This document shows positions 24,227 through 31,696 of a stretch of 32,000 nucleotides of DNA, in pieces (the first letter of the stretch is position 1; each line of letters starts with the position of its first letter). The notes under the pieces are model-generated. The model saw only the letters and a list, made by a program, of their open reading frames with translations, was not told where the DNA came from and searched no databases. The position numbers and the translations under genes were made by a program. The DNA comes from Candidatus Peribacter riflensis (GTDB taxonomy: Bacteria; Patescibacteriota; Gracilibacteria; Peribacterales; Peribacteraceae). Location: positions 1,140,001 to 1,172,000 of the forward strand of contig CP013062.1 in the NCBI GenBank assembly GCA_001430755.1, read 5' to 3'.

Positions 24227-26068
24227 TCAGCGGGGTGGGCCGCTACCGCCTCCGCTGAGCCTGCCCATATTGCGCATGAGTTGCTGTGTAGAGTCGCTGG
24301 TGGTCTGCCGGGTCGTGGTCGTCAGATTGACGGAGAGCACGCTGTCACCCTCCCGAAGGCCCGAGAGCACCTCTGTGTAGCGGCCGTCTGTCAGGCCAGT
24401 CTCCACCAGGACGGTTTCGCCGCTGGCCGTCTGCACGCTCGCGCCGTTTTCCTTGCGCTGGATTGCAAGATTCGGGATGACGAGCACATTCTCTTTCTGC
24501 GTTGTGACCACCTCTACGGTGGCGGTCATGCCCGAGAGAATGGTGAGGTCTGCAGGCATCGGGAGCTTCACATCCACCTCATACGACACCACGCCGGATT
24601 CTTCGATGGGTGTGGGATTGATCTCGTCGATGGTCCCTTCAAATCGCTGTCCGGGCAGCGCGTCCAGGGTGATGTGGGCGGGCATATCTCTGCGCACCTT
24701 CACCACATCCACCTGGTCTAAGGGGATGGTGATGATCAGATATTCTGGATTTTCCAGCACCACGTATTTGGCTTCCGCCGTGTCTGCCAGAAGGTTGTCG
24801 CCCACCTGAAAATCCACTCTGCGCACGATGCCGTCGAACGGGGCGACGATCCGGTAATCATCCAGTGTCTTCGCCAGTTTCGTGAGTGAGGCCGACTTTT
24901 GGCCGATGTCGTTTTCCTTCAGCTTGATCTGGATATCCAGATCCCTGAGCGTGCTCTGCAGGTCCACCTCTTTCATCAACTGAGATTCCTGGTTCGTCGC
25001 CAGCGTATCCTCCTTCGTCTGGAGCGTGGTGCTGGGAAGAGCATCATCCTCCGTCAGGGCAACGAGGCTGGCTTGGGCCGTCAGCGCATCATCCACGAGC
25101 CCTGCGGCAGTGGAGCGGTTCGTATTCACCGTCTGACGCAGAGTGTTCAGGGTAGCGACGGTGAAGGTGATGGTATCTGTACTTGCCCCCTGCATCAGTT
25201 GGTACGTTTGCTCGCCGAGCTTTTGAATCGTTTCAGCCAGGCTCTGCATTTCTTTCAGTGCCCGCAGAATCACCTCCGGATCCTGTTCGCTGTTGAGGGC
25301 TCCATACTGCTGACCGATGGCAGTGGCCTGGTTCACCCCCTCCCGAAAACTTAGCTCCACATCATTCTTGAGCACCCAATCGCGGTAGAGGTGACGGTCG
25401 ATCTCCAGGGTCGTGATATCCGCAGGCGGGCGCGCCACCGTATCCGCTGTCAGGACACCGTAGAAGGAGTCTAAGAGTTTCTCTGATGCGATGAGGATAT
25501 CTTGTGCGGTGGAAGCCATGCTCTGCAGTTCGGTCTTGCGCGTCTGTCGCAGGTCCGACTGTGCCTGTTCCACCTGGCGCTCTGCCGAATTCACCGCATT
25601 CTGCGCCGTCAGCACGTCTGCTTCGCGATTCGCCTCCAGCTGTTCCAGTTGCAGACGGCTGGCTCCGAGCGCGAGCTGTGACTGGCGCACATCGGCGAAC
25701 ACGGTCGTCTTGTCGAGCTCTGCGATCACTTGCCCTCTCTTCACGCGGTCCCCCTCCTGCACGAGTACTTTTGCCACCGTGCCCTTCTGATTGAATTTCA
25801 GCTGCTGTTCATTGGCGAAGGTCACGGAGCCCACGGCTTTCACAGAGGTGACGATGCTCCGGCGTTCCACAGACGAGAGCTCGCCTGTGGGTGTCGATGA
25901 CTGGCTGCTCCCCTGCGCAAAGGCGAGATAGCTGCTCCCCAGCACGAGAGCGGTCACAAGCCCGATCAGGTAATTGCCGGCCGAAATGCGTTGCAGCAAT
26001 GTGCGAGCGCGTTCCGGCAGGTGTGCGGAGAGTCGGGTGCGTAGTGAGGAGAGCATCATCCCATTCAT
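24227..26068 (-). CDS. HlyD/MacA-type membrane-fusion (periplasmic adaptor) protein, unusually long (613 aa)
   Basis: N-terminal TM helix. Split lipoyl motifs (GTVAKVLVQEGDRVKRGQVIAELD and IVAPFDGIVRRVDFQVGDNL) are separated by about 285 residues. Beta-barrel and membrane-proximal domains follow. The start overlaps the upstream stop (ATGA at 26065-26068). Confidence 0.8.
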   Translation of the reverse strand: MNGMMLSSLRTRLSAHLPERARTLLQRISAGNYLIGLVTALVLGSSYLAFAQGSSQSSTPTGELSSVERRSIVTSVKAVGSVTFANEQQLKFNQKGTVAKVLVQEGDRVKRGQVIAELDKTTVFADVRQSQLALGASRLQLEQLEANREADVLTAQNAVNSAERQVEQAQSDLRQTRKTELQSMASTAQDILIASEKLLDSFYGVLTADTVARPPADITTLEIDRHLYRDWVLKNDVELSFREGVNQATAIGQQYGALNSEQDPEVILRALKEMQSLAETIQKLGEQTYQLMQGASTDTITFTVATLNTLRQTVNTNRSTAAGLVDDALTAQASLVALTEDDALPSTTLQTKEDTLATNQESQLMKEVDLQSTLRDLDIQIKLKENDIGQKSASLTKLAKTLDDYRIVAPFDGIVRRVDFQVGDNLLADTAEAKYVVLENPEYLIITIPLDQVDVVKVRRDMPAHITLDALPGQRFEGTIDEINPTPIEESGVVSYEVDVKLPMPADLTILSGMTATVEVVTTQKENVLVIPNLAIQRKENGASVQTASGETVLVETGLTDGRYTEVLSGLREGDSVLSVNLTTTTRQTTSDSTQQLMRNMGRLSGGGSGPPR

Positions 26069-26421
26069 TGTTGTGTGGGGACGGACGAGCCGGACGATGA
26101 CAGCACTGATCCGCTCGCTGCGCGAATGCGGTTTCCGGGCTCAAGCGTCACGCCCTTTTCCTTTGCGATATCACGCAGGGTTTTGCCGCTCGCAAGTTCC
26201 TTGCGCAGGTCTTCCTCCGTCATGCCGAGCTGTTCTGCCATGCGCTCTCGATCCTGCTCCATCCTGCCTCCCTGCCGTTGCTGCAAGCCCGCACGGTTGC
26301 CGAATGTCCCGGCCTGACCGGCGGGACGACGCAGGATGCTCAGCCCCCCCACGACGACGAAGAGGATGAGAAGGCCCGAGAGCAGTCCGAGGCCGAAAGA
26401 GAGCGGATGGAACGTTTTCAT
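26065..26421 (-). CDS. small membrane-anchored protein, first gene of the ABC exporter operon
   Basis: Start at MKTFHPLSFGLGLLSGLLILFVVVGG (TM helix); the track start TTG 26436 is an alternative. The soluble part contains MTEEDLRKELASGKTLRDIAKEKGV. It is translationally coupled to the adaptor gene. Confidence 0.5.
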   Translation of the reverse strand: MKTFHPLSFGLGLLSGLLILFVVVGGLSILRRPAGQAGTFGNRAGLQQRQGGRMEQDRERMAEQLGMTEEDLRKELASGKTLRDIAKEKGVTLEPGNRIRAASGSVLSSSGSSVPTQQ

Positions 26422-26460
26422 GGGGGATATTGTCAAAATCTAAAAACATTTTCTCTCGAA

Positions 26461-26494
26461 AGTATAGCGTTCCATGGTTAAGATCGGATTAAGG
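26461..26494 (-). promoter_or_regulatory. response-regulator box pair plus -10, upstream of the ABC exporter operon
   Basis: Minus strand: CCTTAAT (26494-26488) and TCTTAAC (26483-26477), 11-bp period, then 10 nt, then TATACT (26466-26461). Confidence 0.6.
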
Positions 26495-26529
26495 CTTGAA
26501 ACAGCGATTATCTTAAAAAATTCACGGTT

Positions 26530-26564
26530 TCTTAATGTCCTCTTAATCCATTGGGATCTATGAT
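26530..26564 (+). promoter_or_regulatory. response-regulator box pair plus -10, upstream of the RR/HK operon
   Basis: TCTTAAT (26530-26536) and TCTTAAT (26541-26547), 11-bp period, then 11 nt, then TATGAT (26559-26564). The RR ATG lies 23 nt further on. Confidence 0.6.
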
Positions 26565-26587
26565 GATCTCTCATTTTTTCCGGAACT

Positions 26588-27253
26588 ATGCACATCCTCC
26601 TCATCGAAGACCAGGAGAAATTGGCAGACAACATCCGGCAGTTTCTCACGCTGGAGCACTATGCAGTCACCGTGGCACACGATGGGAAAGAGGGCTTTGA
26701 GAAAGCGATGACGCAGGAGGTAGATCTGCTCATTCTCGATGTGAACCTGCCCGGCATGGATGGCTACCTCATCTGTTCCCTGCTGCGGCAGCGCAAGAGA
26801 GACATGCCGATTCTCATGCTCACGGCACGCACCAAGCAGCAGGAGATCGTGCACGGGCTCAACCTGGGAGCGGATGATTATCTGGGAAAACCTTTCGATC
26901 TGGATGAGCTCCTTGCGCGGGTGCGCGCTCTGCTCCGTCGCAAGGGGACTACAAAACAGCCGCGGCTGACGGCGGGGTCCATCGTGCTCGACACGAATAC
27001 GCACGAGGTCTTTCGGGAGGACAAGAGCGTCGATCTCTCGCCCAAGGAGTACGGGCTTTTTGAGTTCCTGCTGCGCAACAAGGGCGTGGTGCAGGAGCGT
27101 CCGCGCATCATCGAGCACGTGTGGGGCGGACGGGACGATCTGCTGTTCTCGCAGACGGTGGATGTGCACGTGGCGTACCTCCGGCGCAAGCTGGGCAAAG
27201 ATGCAATCGAGACTGTTCCCGGAAAGGGCTACCTCGTTCCCGCGGACCGGTGA
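26588..27253 (+). CDS. OmpR/PhoB-family response regulator
   Basis: Receiver domain (LLILDVNLPGMDG, LMLTAR, GADDYLGKPF) plus a winged-helix Trans_reg_C domain (LSPKEYGLFEFLLRNKG...VDVHVAYLRRKL). Confidence 0.92.
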   Translation: MHILLIEDQEKLADNIRQFLTLEHYAVTVAHDGKEGFEKAMTQEVDLLILDVNLPGMDGYLICSLLRQRKRDMPILMLTARTKQQEIVHGLNLGADDYLGKPFDLDELLARVRALLRRKGTTKQPRLTAGSIVLDTNTHEVFREDKSVDLSPKEYGLFEFLLRNKGVVQERPRIIEHVWGGRDDLLFSQTVDVHVAYLRRKLGKDAIETVPGKGYLVPADR

Positions 27254-28461
27254 TGCACCACGCTGCGAATTTTCGGCACATCTCCACCCGCATCGCGCTG
27301 CAGTTCATGGGGTTCGTCTTTCTGCTGTTCCTTATCAATGGATCGCTCTTTCTCATGGCGGATTTCGGGAATGTCCGGCGCATGGCCCGTGGTCGGCTGC
27401 TGCGCGAGGCCCAGATGATCCTCAGTCAGGCGCCCGGCATGCTCCAGGGAAAGCCGCTTTCCGTTCCTCCTCCGCTCGCGGAACGCATCAGGATTCTGGA
27501 TGCCGACGGGCGGCTGATGCATGCCGGATCACTCTTTGCGGATGTGCCTGCATTGACGACCGAGGGATACTCCACCATTGAAGTGCGTGAGGAGTCCTAC
27601 ACCGTCCTGACCATTCCGCTCACCGTGGACGGCCGCGTCCGCGGCTTTGCCCAAGTGGCCGGCATGGAGCATCTGCCGGCGCGCGATCTGCCGATCCGGT
27701 GGGGATTGTATTTCCTCGTCAGCATTCTGGTTTCGGCCCTCACGTTTGTGGTCGGGCTTTTCTTTGCGCGCCGGAGCCTGAAGCCTGCGGAGCAGATGAT
27801 GGAGCGATTGGAGCAGTTCACGCAGGATGCGAGCCACGAGCTCAGAACGCCCCTCGCCGCCCTCAGCTCCTCATTGGATCTTGCGCTGAAGAATGGGGAG
27901 CACCGCGAGGGGATTCTGTCGGCCAAGGAGGACCTGAAACAGGTGACGGTGCTCGTAGAGAGGCTGCTCGAGCTGGCCCGACTGGATACATTCATTCATG
28001 AAGACAACCCCGTTGATCTTTCGGAACTGGTCGCGCAATCCACAGAGCGCATGCGCTCGCTCGCAGCCGGGAGGCGCGTTGCCATTGAGCAGCACATCGA
28101 TCAGGGCGTGACCGTGCGCGGCGATGCCGTTCTGCTCAGGCAGGCGCTGGAGAATCTGCTCTCCAACGCCATCAAATTCAGCAAACCCTCCGGGGGCGAC
28201 ATTCGCGTGCGTCTCACCTCCAAAACACTCTCGATCGAAGATGCCGGTGTGGGAATCGACGCATCTGCCCTGCCGCATATTTTCGACCGCTTCTACCAGG
28301 CCGAGCAGTCGCGCGCGATGGGGGGATTCGGTCTCGGGCTGGCCCTGGTGAAGCGCATTGTGGAGCTGCACGGCTGGACCGTGGAGGCGCGCAGCACGCA
28401 CGGCGAAGGCGCGACATTCACGATGCATTTCGGCTCACAGACACACGCTCCGCGGTCTTAA
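27253..28461 (+). CDS. sensor histidine kinase (HisKA + HATPase_c)
   Basis: Start at ATG 27253, overlapping the RR stop (TGATG). Two TM helices flank an extracytoplasmic loop of roughly 115 aa. H-box FTQDASHELRTPL, N-box LSNAIKFS, G1 IEDAGVGI, G2 GGFGLGLALV. Confidence 0.9.
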   Translation: MHHAANFRHISTRIALQFMGFVFLLFLINGSLFLMADFGNVRRMARGRLLREAQMILSQAPGMLQGKPLSVPPPLAERIRILDADGRLMHAGSLFADVPALTTEGYSTIEVREESYTVLTIPLTVDGRVRGFAQVAGMEHLPARDLPIRWGLYFLVSILVSALTFVVGLFFARRSLKPAEQMMERLEQFTQDASHELRTPLAALSSSLDLALKNGEHREGILSAKEDLKQVTVLVERLLELARLDTFIHEDNPVDLSELVAQSTERMRSLAAGRRVAIEQHIDQGVTVRGDAVLLRQALENLLSNAIKFSKPSGGDIRVRLTSKTLSIEDAGVGIDASALPHIFDRFYQAEQSRAMGGFGLGLALVKRIVELHGWTVEARSTHGEGATFTMHFGSQTHAPRS

Positions 28462-28489
28462 TTTTCTCTTAAGGTGACCTGAGTACGAT
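28456..28489 (+). promoter_or_regulatory. response-regulator box pair plus -10, upstream of the secreted Met/Gly-rich protein gene
   Basis: TCTTAAT (28456-28462, overlapping the HK stop codon) and TCTTAAG (28467-28473), 11-bp period, then 10 nt, then TACGAT (28484-28489). Confidence 0.6.
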
Positions 28490-28533
28490 GGTGCCGTCTT
28501 AAGACTTCTATTTCATTTTTTCTCCCATTTCTT

Positions 28534-29064
28534 ATGAAGAACTATTCATTTGGAACGATCGCAGGAATCGCTTCGCTCGTTCTTGTTCCGCTGCTCGCGT
28601 CCGCAGCTTCCTCCGTCGCAGGTACGCCGGAAGATACACAACGTGAGCGTCCTGTTCCCTCGCAGGAGTGCCTGCAGGCGCAGGTGGCGAAGCATGATCT
28701 CATGGCGGCCGGCATGGATGAAACGATGGCCGCACGAAAGGCTGCGATGCAGGTGCACCGCGATGCGCTCGACGCTGCCGCCGCTATCGCCGATGACGCC
28801 GGACGTCAGACAGCCGTGCAGCAGGCCAACGAAGCATTCCGTACGTCCATGCAGACCCTGATGGGGTCGAAGTCGGATGAGATGCAGGCGGCCATGGAAG
28901 CTATGCGCGACGCGTGCGGCGGCTTTGGACCCAAGGGTGGCATGGGCGCAGGTCTCGGTGGCGGCATGGGTGGAGGACGCATGATGGACGGTCACGGACG
29001 CGGACAGGGTATGCGCGGAGGACAGGGTGATTGCCCTTTTCGCTCAGGAACCAGCGATGAATAA
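28534..29064 (+). CDS. secreted protein: Cys-bracketed helical domain plus Met/Gly-rich tail
   Basis: Signal peptide MKNYSFGTIAGIASLVLVPLLASAAS and an 81-residue region between two Cys residues. The tail is GGFGPKGGMGAGLGGGMGGGRMMDGHGRGQGMRGGQGDC. A strong terminator follows. Confidence 0.6.
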   Translation: MKNYSFGTIAGIASLVLVPLLASAASSVAGTPEDTQRERPVPSQECLQAQVAKHDLMAAGMDETMAARKAAMQVHRDALDAAAAIADDAGRQTAVQQANEAFRTSMQTLMGSKSDEMQAAMEAMRDACGGFGPKGGMGAGLGGGMGGGRMMDGHGRGQGMRGGQGDCPFRSGTSDE

Positions 29065-29082
29065 TCATCGTCGGTGAACGCC

Positions 29083-29116
29083 AAAAGAAGCTGCCGGCGG
29101 GCAGCTTCTTTTTTTA
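29083..29116. terminator. bidirectional rho-independent terminator between convergent genes
   Basis: AAAA-GAAGCTGCC-GGCG-GGCAGCTTC-TTTTTTT. A 9-bp perfect stem is flanked by an A tract and a T tract. It lies between the 28534-29064 (+) and doxX (-) gene ends. Confidence 0.85.
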
Positions 29117-29136
29117 GCGAAAACAGGTCTTTCTCT

Positions 29137-29532
29137 TTAGAAGAGCTCGCGCTTGAAGAAAAACTTCTCAGCGCTCAGTCGGCCGGCGCCGTAGATGAAC
29201 AGCACGAGGAATGCGGCGATGTAGAGTAGCGCCAGTTCGCCGCGGTTCTGAATGGGGAGCACGCCGTTGCCCGCATGGGCGGTGACGTAGGCGCCGATGA
29301 GCAGGATGGTGCCCAGTACGGCGACGAGGCGCGTCCAGAAGCCCGCGACAAGGGCGATGCCGCCTGCGAGCTCACACATGCCCACAAATCCCATGAATCC
29401 GTTGATGGCGAATTGTCCTTCGAGGAGGCCCAGCTTCTGCAACCCGTGCTGCAGGAAGAGAAACCCGACCAGAATGCGGAAGAGGAGGTAGAGCACGTTT
29501 GCGCCGCGCAGGGCCAAGGGTGAGAAGAGCAT
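29137..29532 (-). CDS. DoxX family membrane protein
   Basis: LLFRILVGFLFLQHGLQKL and four hydrophobic helices, typical of DoxX (PF07681). Confidence 0.8.
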   Translation of the reverse strand: MLFSPLALRGANVLYLLFRILVGFLFLQHGLQKLGLLEGQFAINGFMGFVGMCELAGGIALVAGFWTRLVAVLGTILLIGAYVTAHAGNGVLPIQNRGELALLYIAAFLVLFIYGAGRLSAEKFFFKRELF

Positions 29533-29838
29533 GAAGAAGGGGGAAAGGAATGCACCAGCGTAGCGGAGATCCTGTCAGCGGGGCAACGAGGGATACGGTG
29601 CAGAATGATGTATGGGATGGCGGGACCTACTGAACGTGATTCGAACGCATATCGGGGTTCTCTCCGCACACGGTGTCACGGTTGTTTAGAGCGAAGTTGA
29701 GGGCAGCCTCAAAAGGATTCTTGAGTCCAGTTTTAACGCGTTGTCTGGACAGCCTCTCCTTCAGAGGTCTCCCGGGTCTACGTGGAAATAGAAGATCCGG
29801 ACGAACAGTGTTACACCGCGGAGGAATTGCCACACCTA

Positions 29839-30294
29839 TCAGCTGCGTGGAACGAAACGTGCACTGATGGTGATGGCTACCAGTGGAATGACGATCATTT
29901 GGAGGACGGGGAAAAGGCCGATTCCCAATACAGGAATCATGGGCATCGCTGCATACTGCCAGCGGTGATCGACGTAGACGGCCCACAATTCGAATCCTAC
30001 GGCGAGGAGAACACCGATGAACGGCACGATTGTCCACGTCGCGGGATGCTCATACGCCGACCGATCTGCAATCCAGAAGGGACTTCGATGGATGACCGCG
30101 AGTGCGGCGTAGAGGATGAGCATGAAGAGAAGATCCCCGCCAGTCGCTTTGAAGCAGATCCAGAAATGTGCGCGATACGATGTGAAGCCCACGTAGAGAG
30201 GGGCTTGGAGGTTCTCCCAAAAGAGGTGGAGGATGAAACTCGCGCCCAAGAACATGAGAGGAGAGAGCCAGTGGTTTCGATACTCGCGGATCAT
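29839..30294 (-). CDS. hypothetical polytopic membrane protein
   Basis: 151 aa with 4-5 hydrophobic helices. Its start overlaps the CDF stop (ATGA at 30291-30294), implying co-translation with the transporter. Confidence 0.55.
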   Translation of the reverse strand: MIREYRNHWLSPLMFLGASFILHLFWENLQAPLYVGFTSYRAHFWICFKATGGDLLFMLILYAALAVIHRSPFWIADRSAYEHPATWTIVPFIGVLLAVGFELWAVYVDHRWQYAAMPMIPVLGIGLFPVLQMIVIPLVAITISARFVPRS

Positions 30295-31205
30295 GCAGGT
30301 GTCTTGCAGAAGCGCTGTAGCGTCTCATCCGTATAGACGGGCTGGACGGTGACATGATGGATACCCATTTCTGAGGCGATGCGCTCGACGTCGCGGATCG
30401 CCGCATCACACTTACAGACGTCACCGTTCTTGAGCGTAACCTTGCAGGTCAGATGGTGCTCCGCCGGTGTCAGGCTCCAGACGTGGATATCCCCGACGGA
30501 TAGGACACCTTGGACGTCTCCGACCGCTTTCTCGAAAAGATCGTAATCGAAACTCTGCGGAGCGGATTGCAGGAAGAGACGAGCACCCTCCTTGAAGATG
30601 CCCCAGCCGCTCTTGATCATGAAGAAGGCAATAAGCAGTGCGGCGGCGACATCAAAATATACGACGCTGAAATATCGTGAGAGGAGACCGCTCACGATCA
30701 GGGCGGCAGAACCGATCATATCGTAGGTCATACAGGCATACGTCCCTCGCGCGTTCAGGCTGTGACAGGCATCCGCCTTGAGCATGACAGAAGAGATGAA
30801 ATTCACAGCGAGAGAAACGACACCGACGATGAGAACCGTCGTCCCGGCAACAGATTCGGGCATGAGTAAGAGTTTTCCTACTTGCAGCGCGACGACCAGC
30901 GCAGAGAGGAGCAGAAGGCATCCCTTCACGAAACCCGCGAGCACATCCATCCGACCGTACCCGAAGGTGCGCCGCTCATCGGGGGCTTGCCTAGTCTTCC
31001 TTTCGCTGTAAATGCTGACAGCGAGGGCAACGATGTCGTCGGTGTTCATGAGGCCGTCCGCCAGCACTGCAGTACTGCCCGTGAGCACGCTCAGGACGAT
31101 TTCCACCATCGCAAGACCTCCGTTGAGGATGAGTGCCCAGATGAATTTCCATTCCAGAGCGGAGGAAGAAGATTGCCGATGCGGAATGGAGCAACAGGTG
31201 TCCAT
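30291..31205 (-). CDS. cation diffusion facilitator (CDF) family metal efflux transporter
   Basis: ...LSVLTGSTAVLADGLMNTDDIVAL... RRTFGYGRMDVLAGF ... with a C-terminal cytoplasmic domain. The Cys/His-containing N-terminus is MDTCCSIPH. Confidence 0.88.
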   Translation of the reverse strand: MDTCCSIPHRQSSSSALEWKFIWALILNGGLAMVEIVLSVLTGSTAVLADGLMNTDDIVALAVSIYSERKTRQAPDERRTFGYGRMDVLAGFVKGCLLLLSALVVALQVGKLLLMPESVAGTTVLIVGVVSLAVNFISSVMLKADACHSLNARGTYACMTYDMIGSAALIVSGLLSRYFSVVYFDVAAALLIAFFMIKSGWGIFKEGARLFLQSAPQSFDYDLFEKAVGDVQGVLSVGDIHVWSLTPAEHHLTCKVTLKNGDVCKCDAAIRDVERIASEMGIHHVTVQPVYTDETLQRFCKTPA

Positions 31206-31227
31206 GCAGAGAAAGTTTCTTCATCTC

Positions 31228-31617
31228 TCACGCCCCCTTCGCCTTGTCGATGATCGCCCGCACGATGGCATCGACCTCCTGCGGCTTATCTCCCAGATCT
31301 GCCTGCGGGAAGAACTGAGAGAGGGCGATGGGTCGCATCCCTGAGAGGAAGACTTTGCCTTCGTGAACGTACACATTGATCTTGCAGGGCATGCAAAGAC
31401 CTATTTTTGGGTCGGCACGGAGGAACTCGCTTGAGTATTTGGCGTTACAGAACTCCACGATCTTGTATGGATCGCGATGGATACCCTTCTCCGCAAGGCT
31501 CGCCTGCAAGTCGTGTACGTGGAGTACACGCATCCCCGCCTTCGCGATCTCCTCTAGGACACTGGAGGACGCCGCAGCGAAATCCTTGGCGGTGGTTACG
31601 GTGTAGTCGAATTCCAT
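31228..31617 (-). CDS. DUF302 domain protein
   Basis: Start moved to MEFDYTVTT. KIVEFCNAKYSSEFL...GLCMPCKINVY is typical of DUF302 (PF03625). Confidence 0.8.
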   Translation of the reverse strand: MEFDYTVTTAKDFAAASSSVLEEIAKAGMRVLHVHDLQASLAEKGIHRDPYKIVEFCNAKYSSEFLRADPKIGLCMPCKINVYVHEGKVFLSGMRPIALSQFFPQADLGDKPQEVDAIVRAIIDKAKGA

Positions 31618-31696
31618 GCAGGCATGGTCGCAGAGGAACGGCATGGAGACAACCGTTTACGGGAAAATCTCTCAGATCCTCCGCATTCCTGGCGTG

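Noticed and set aside
29620-29665. A tRNA- or tmRNA-like TTCGAATC T-loop string (GCGTTCGAATCACG on the minus strand) in the doxX upstream gap.
   Set aside because: The flanking bases cannot form a 5-bp T stem. No acceptor or anticodon arms can be drawn, and there is no CCA context.
29533-29838. Possible NiCo/czcD-type or other metal riboswitch near the CDF cluster (the string CTGTCAGCGGGGCAACG caught my eye).
   Set aside because: It lies downstream of the CDF operon, not upstream. It is on the wrong strand for doxX, and I cannot reconstruct the four-way junction from memory. Only a covariance-model scan could decide.
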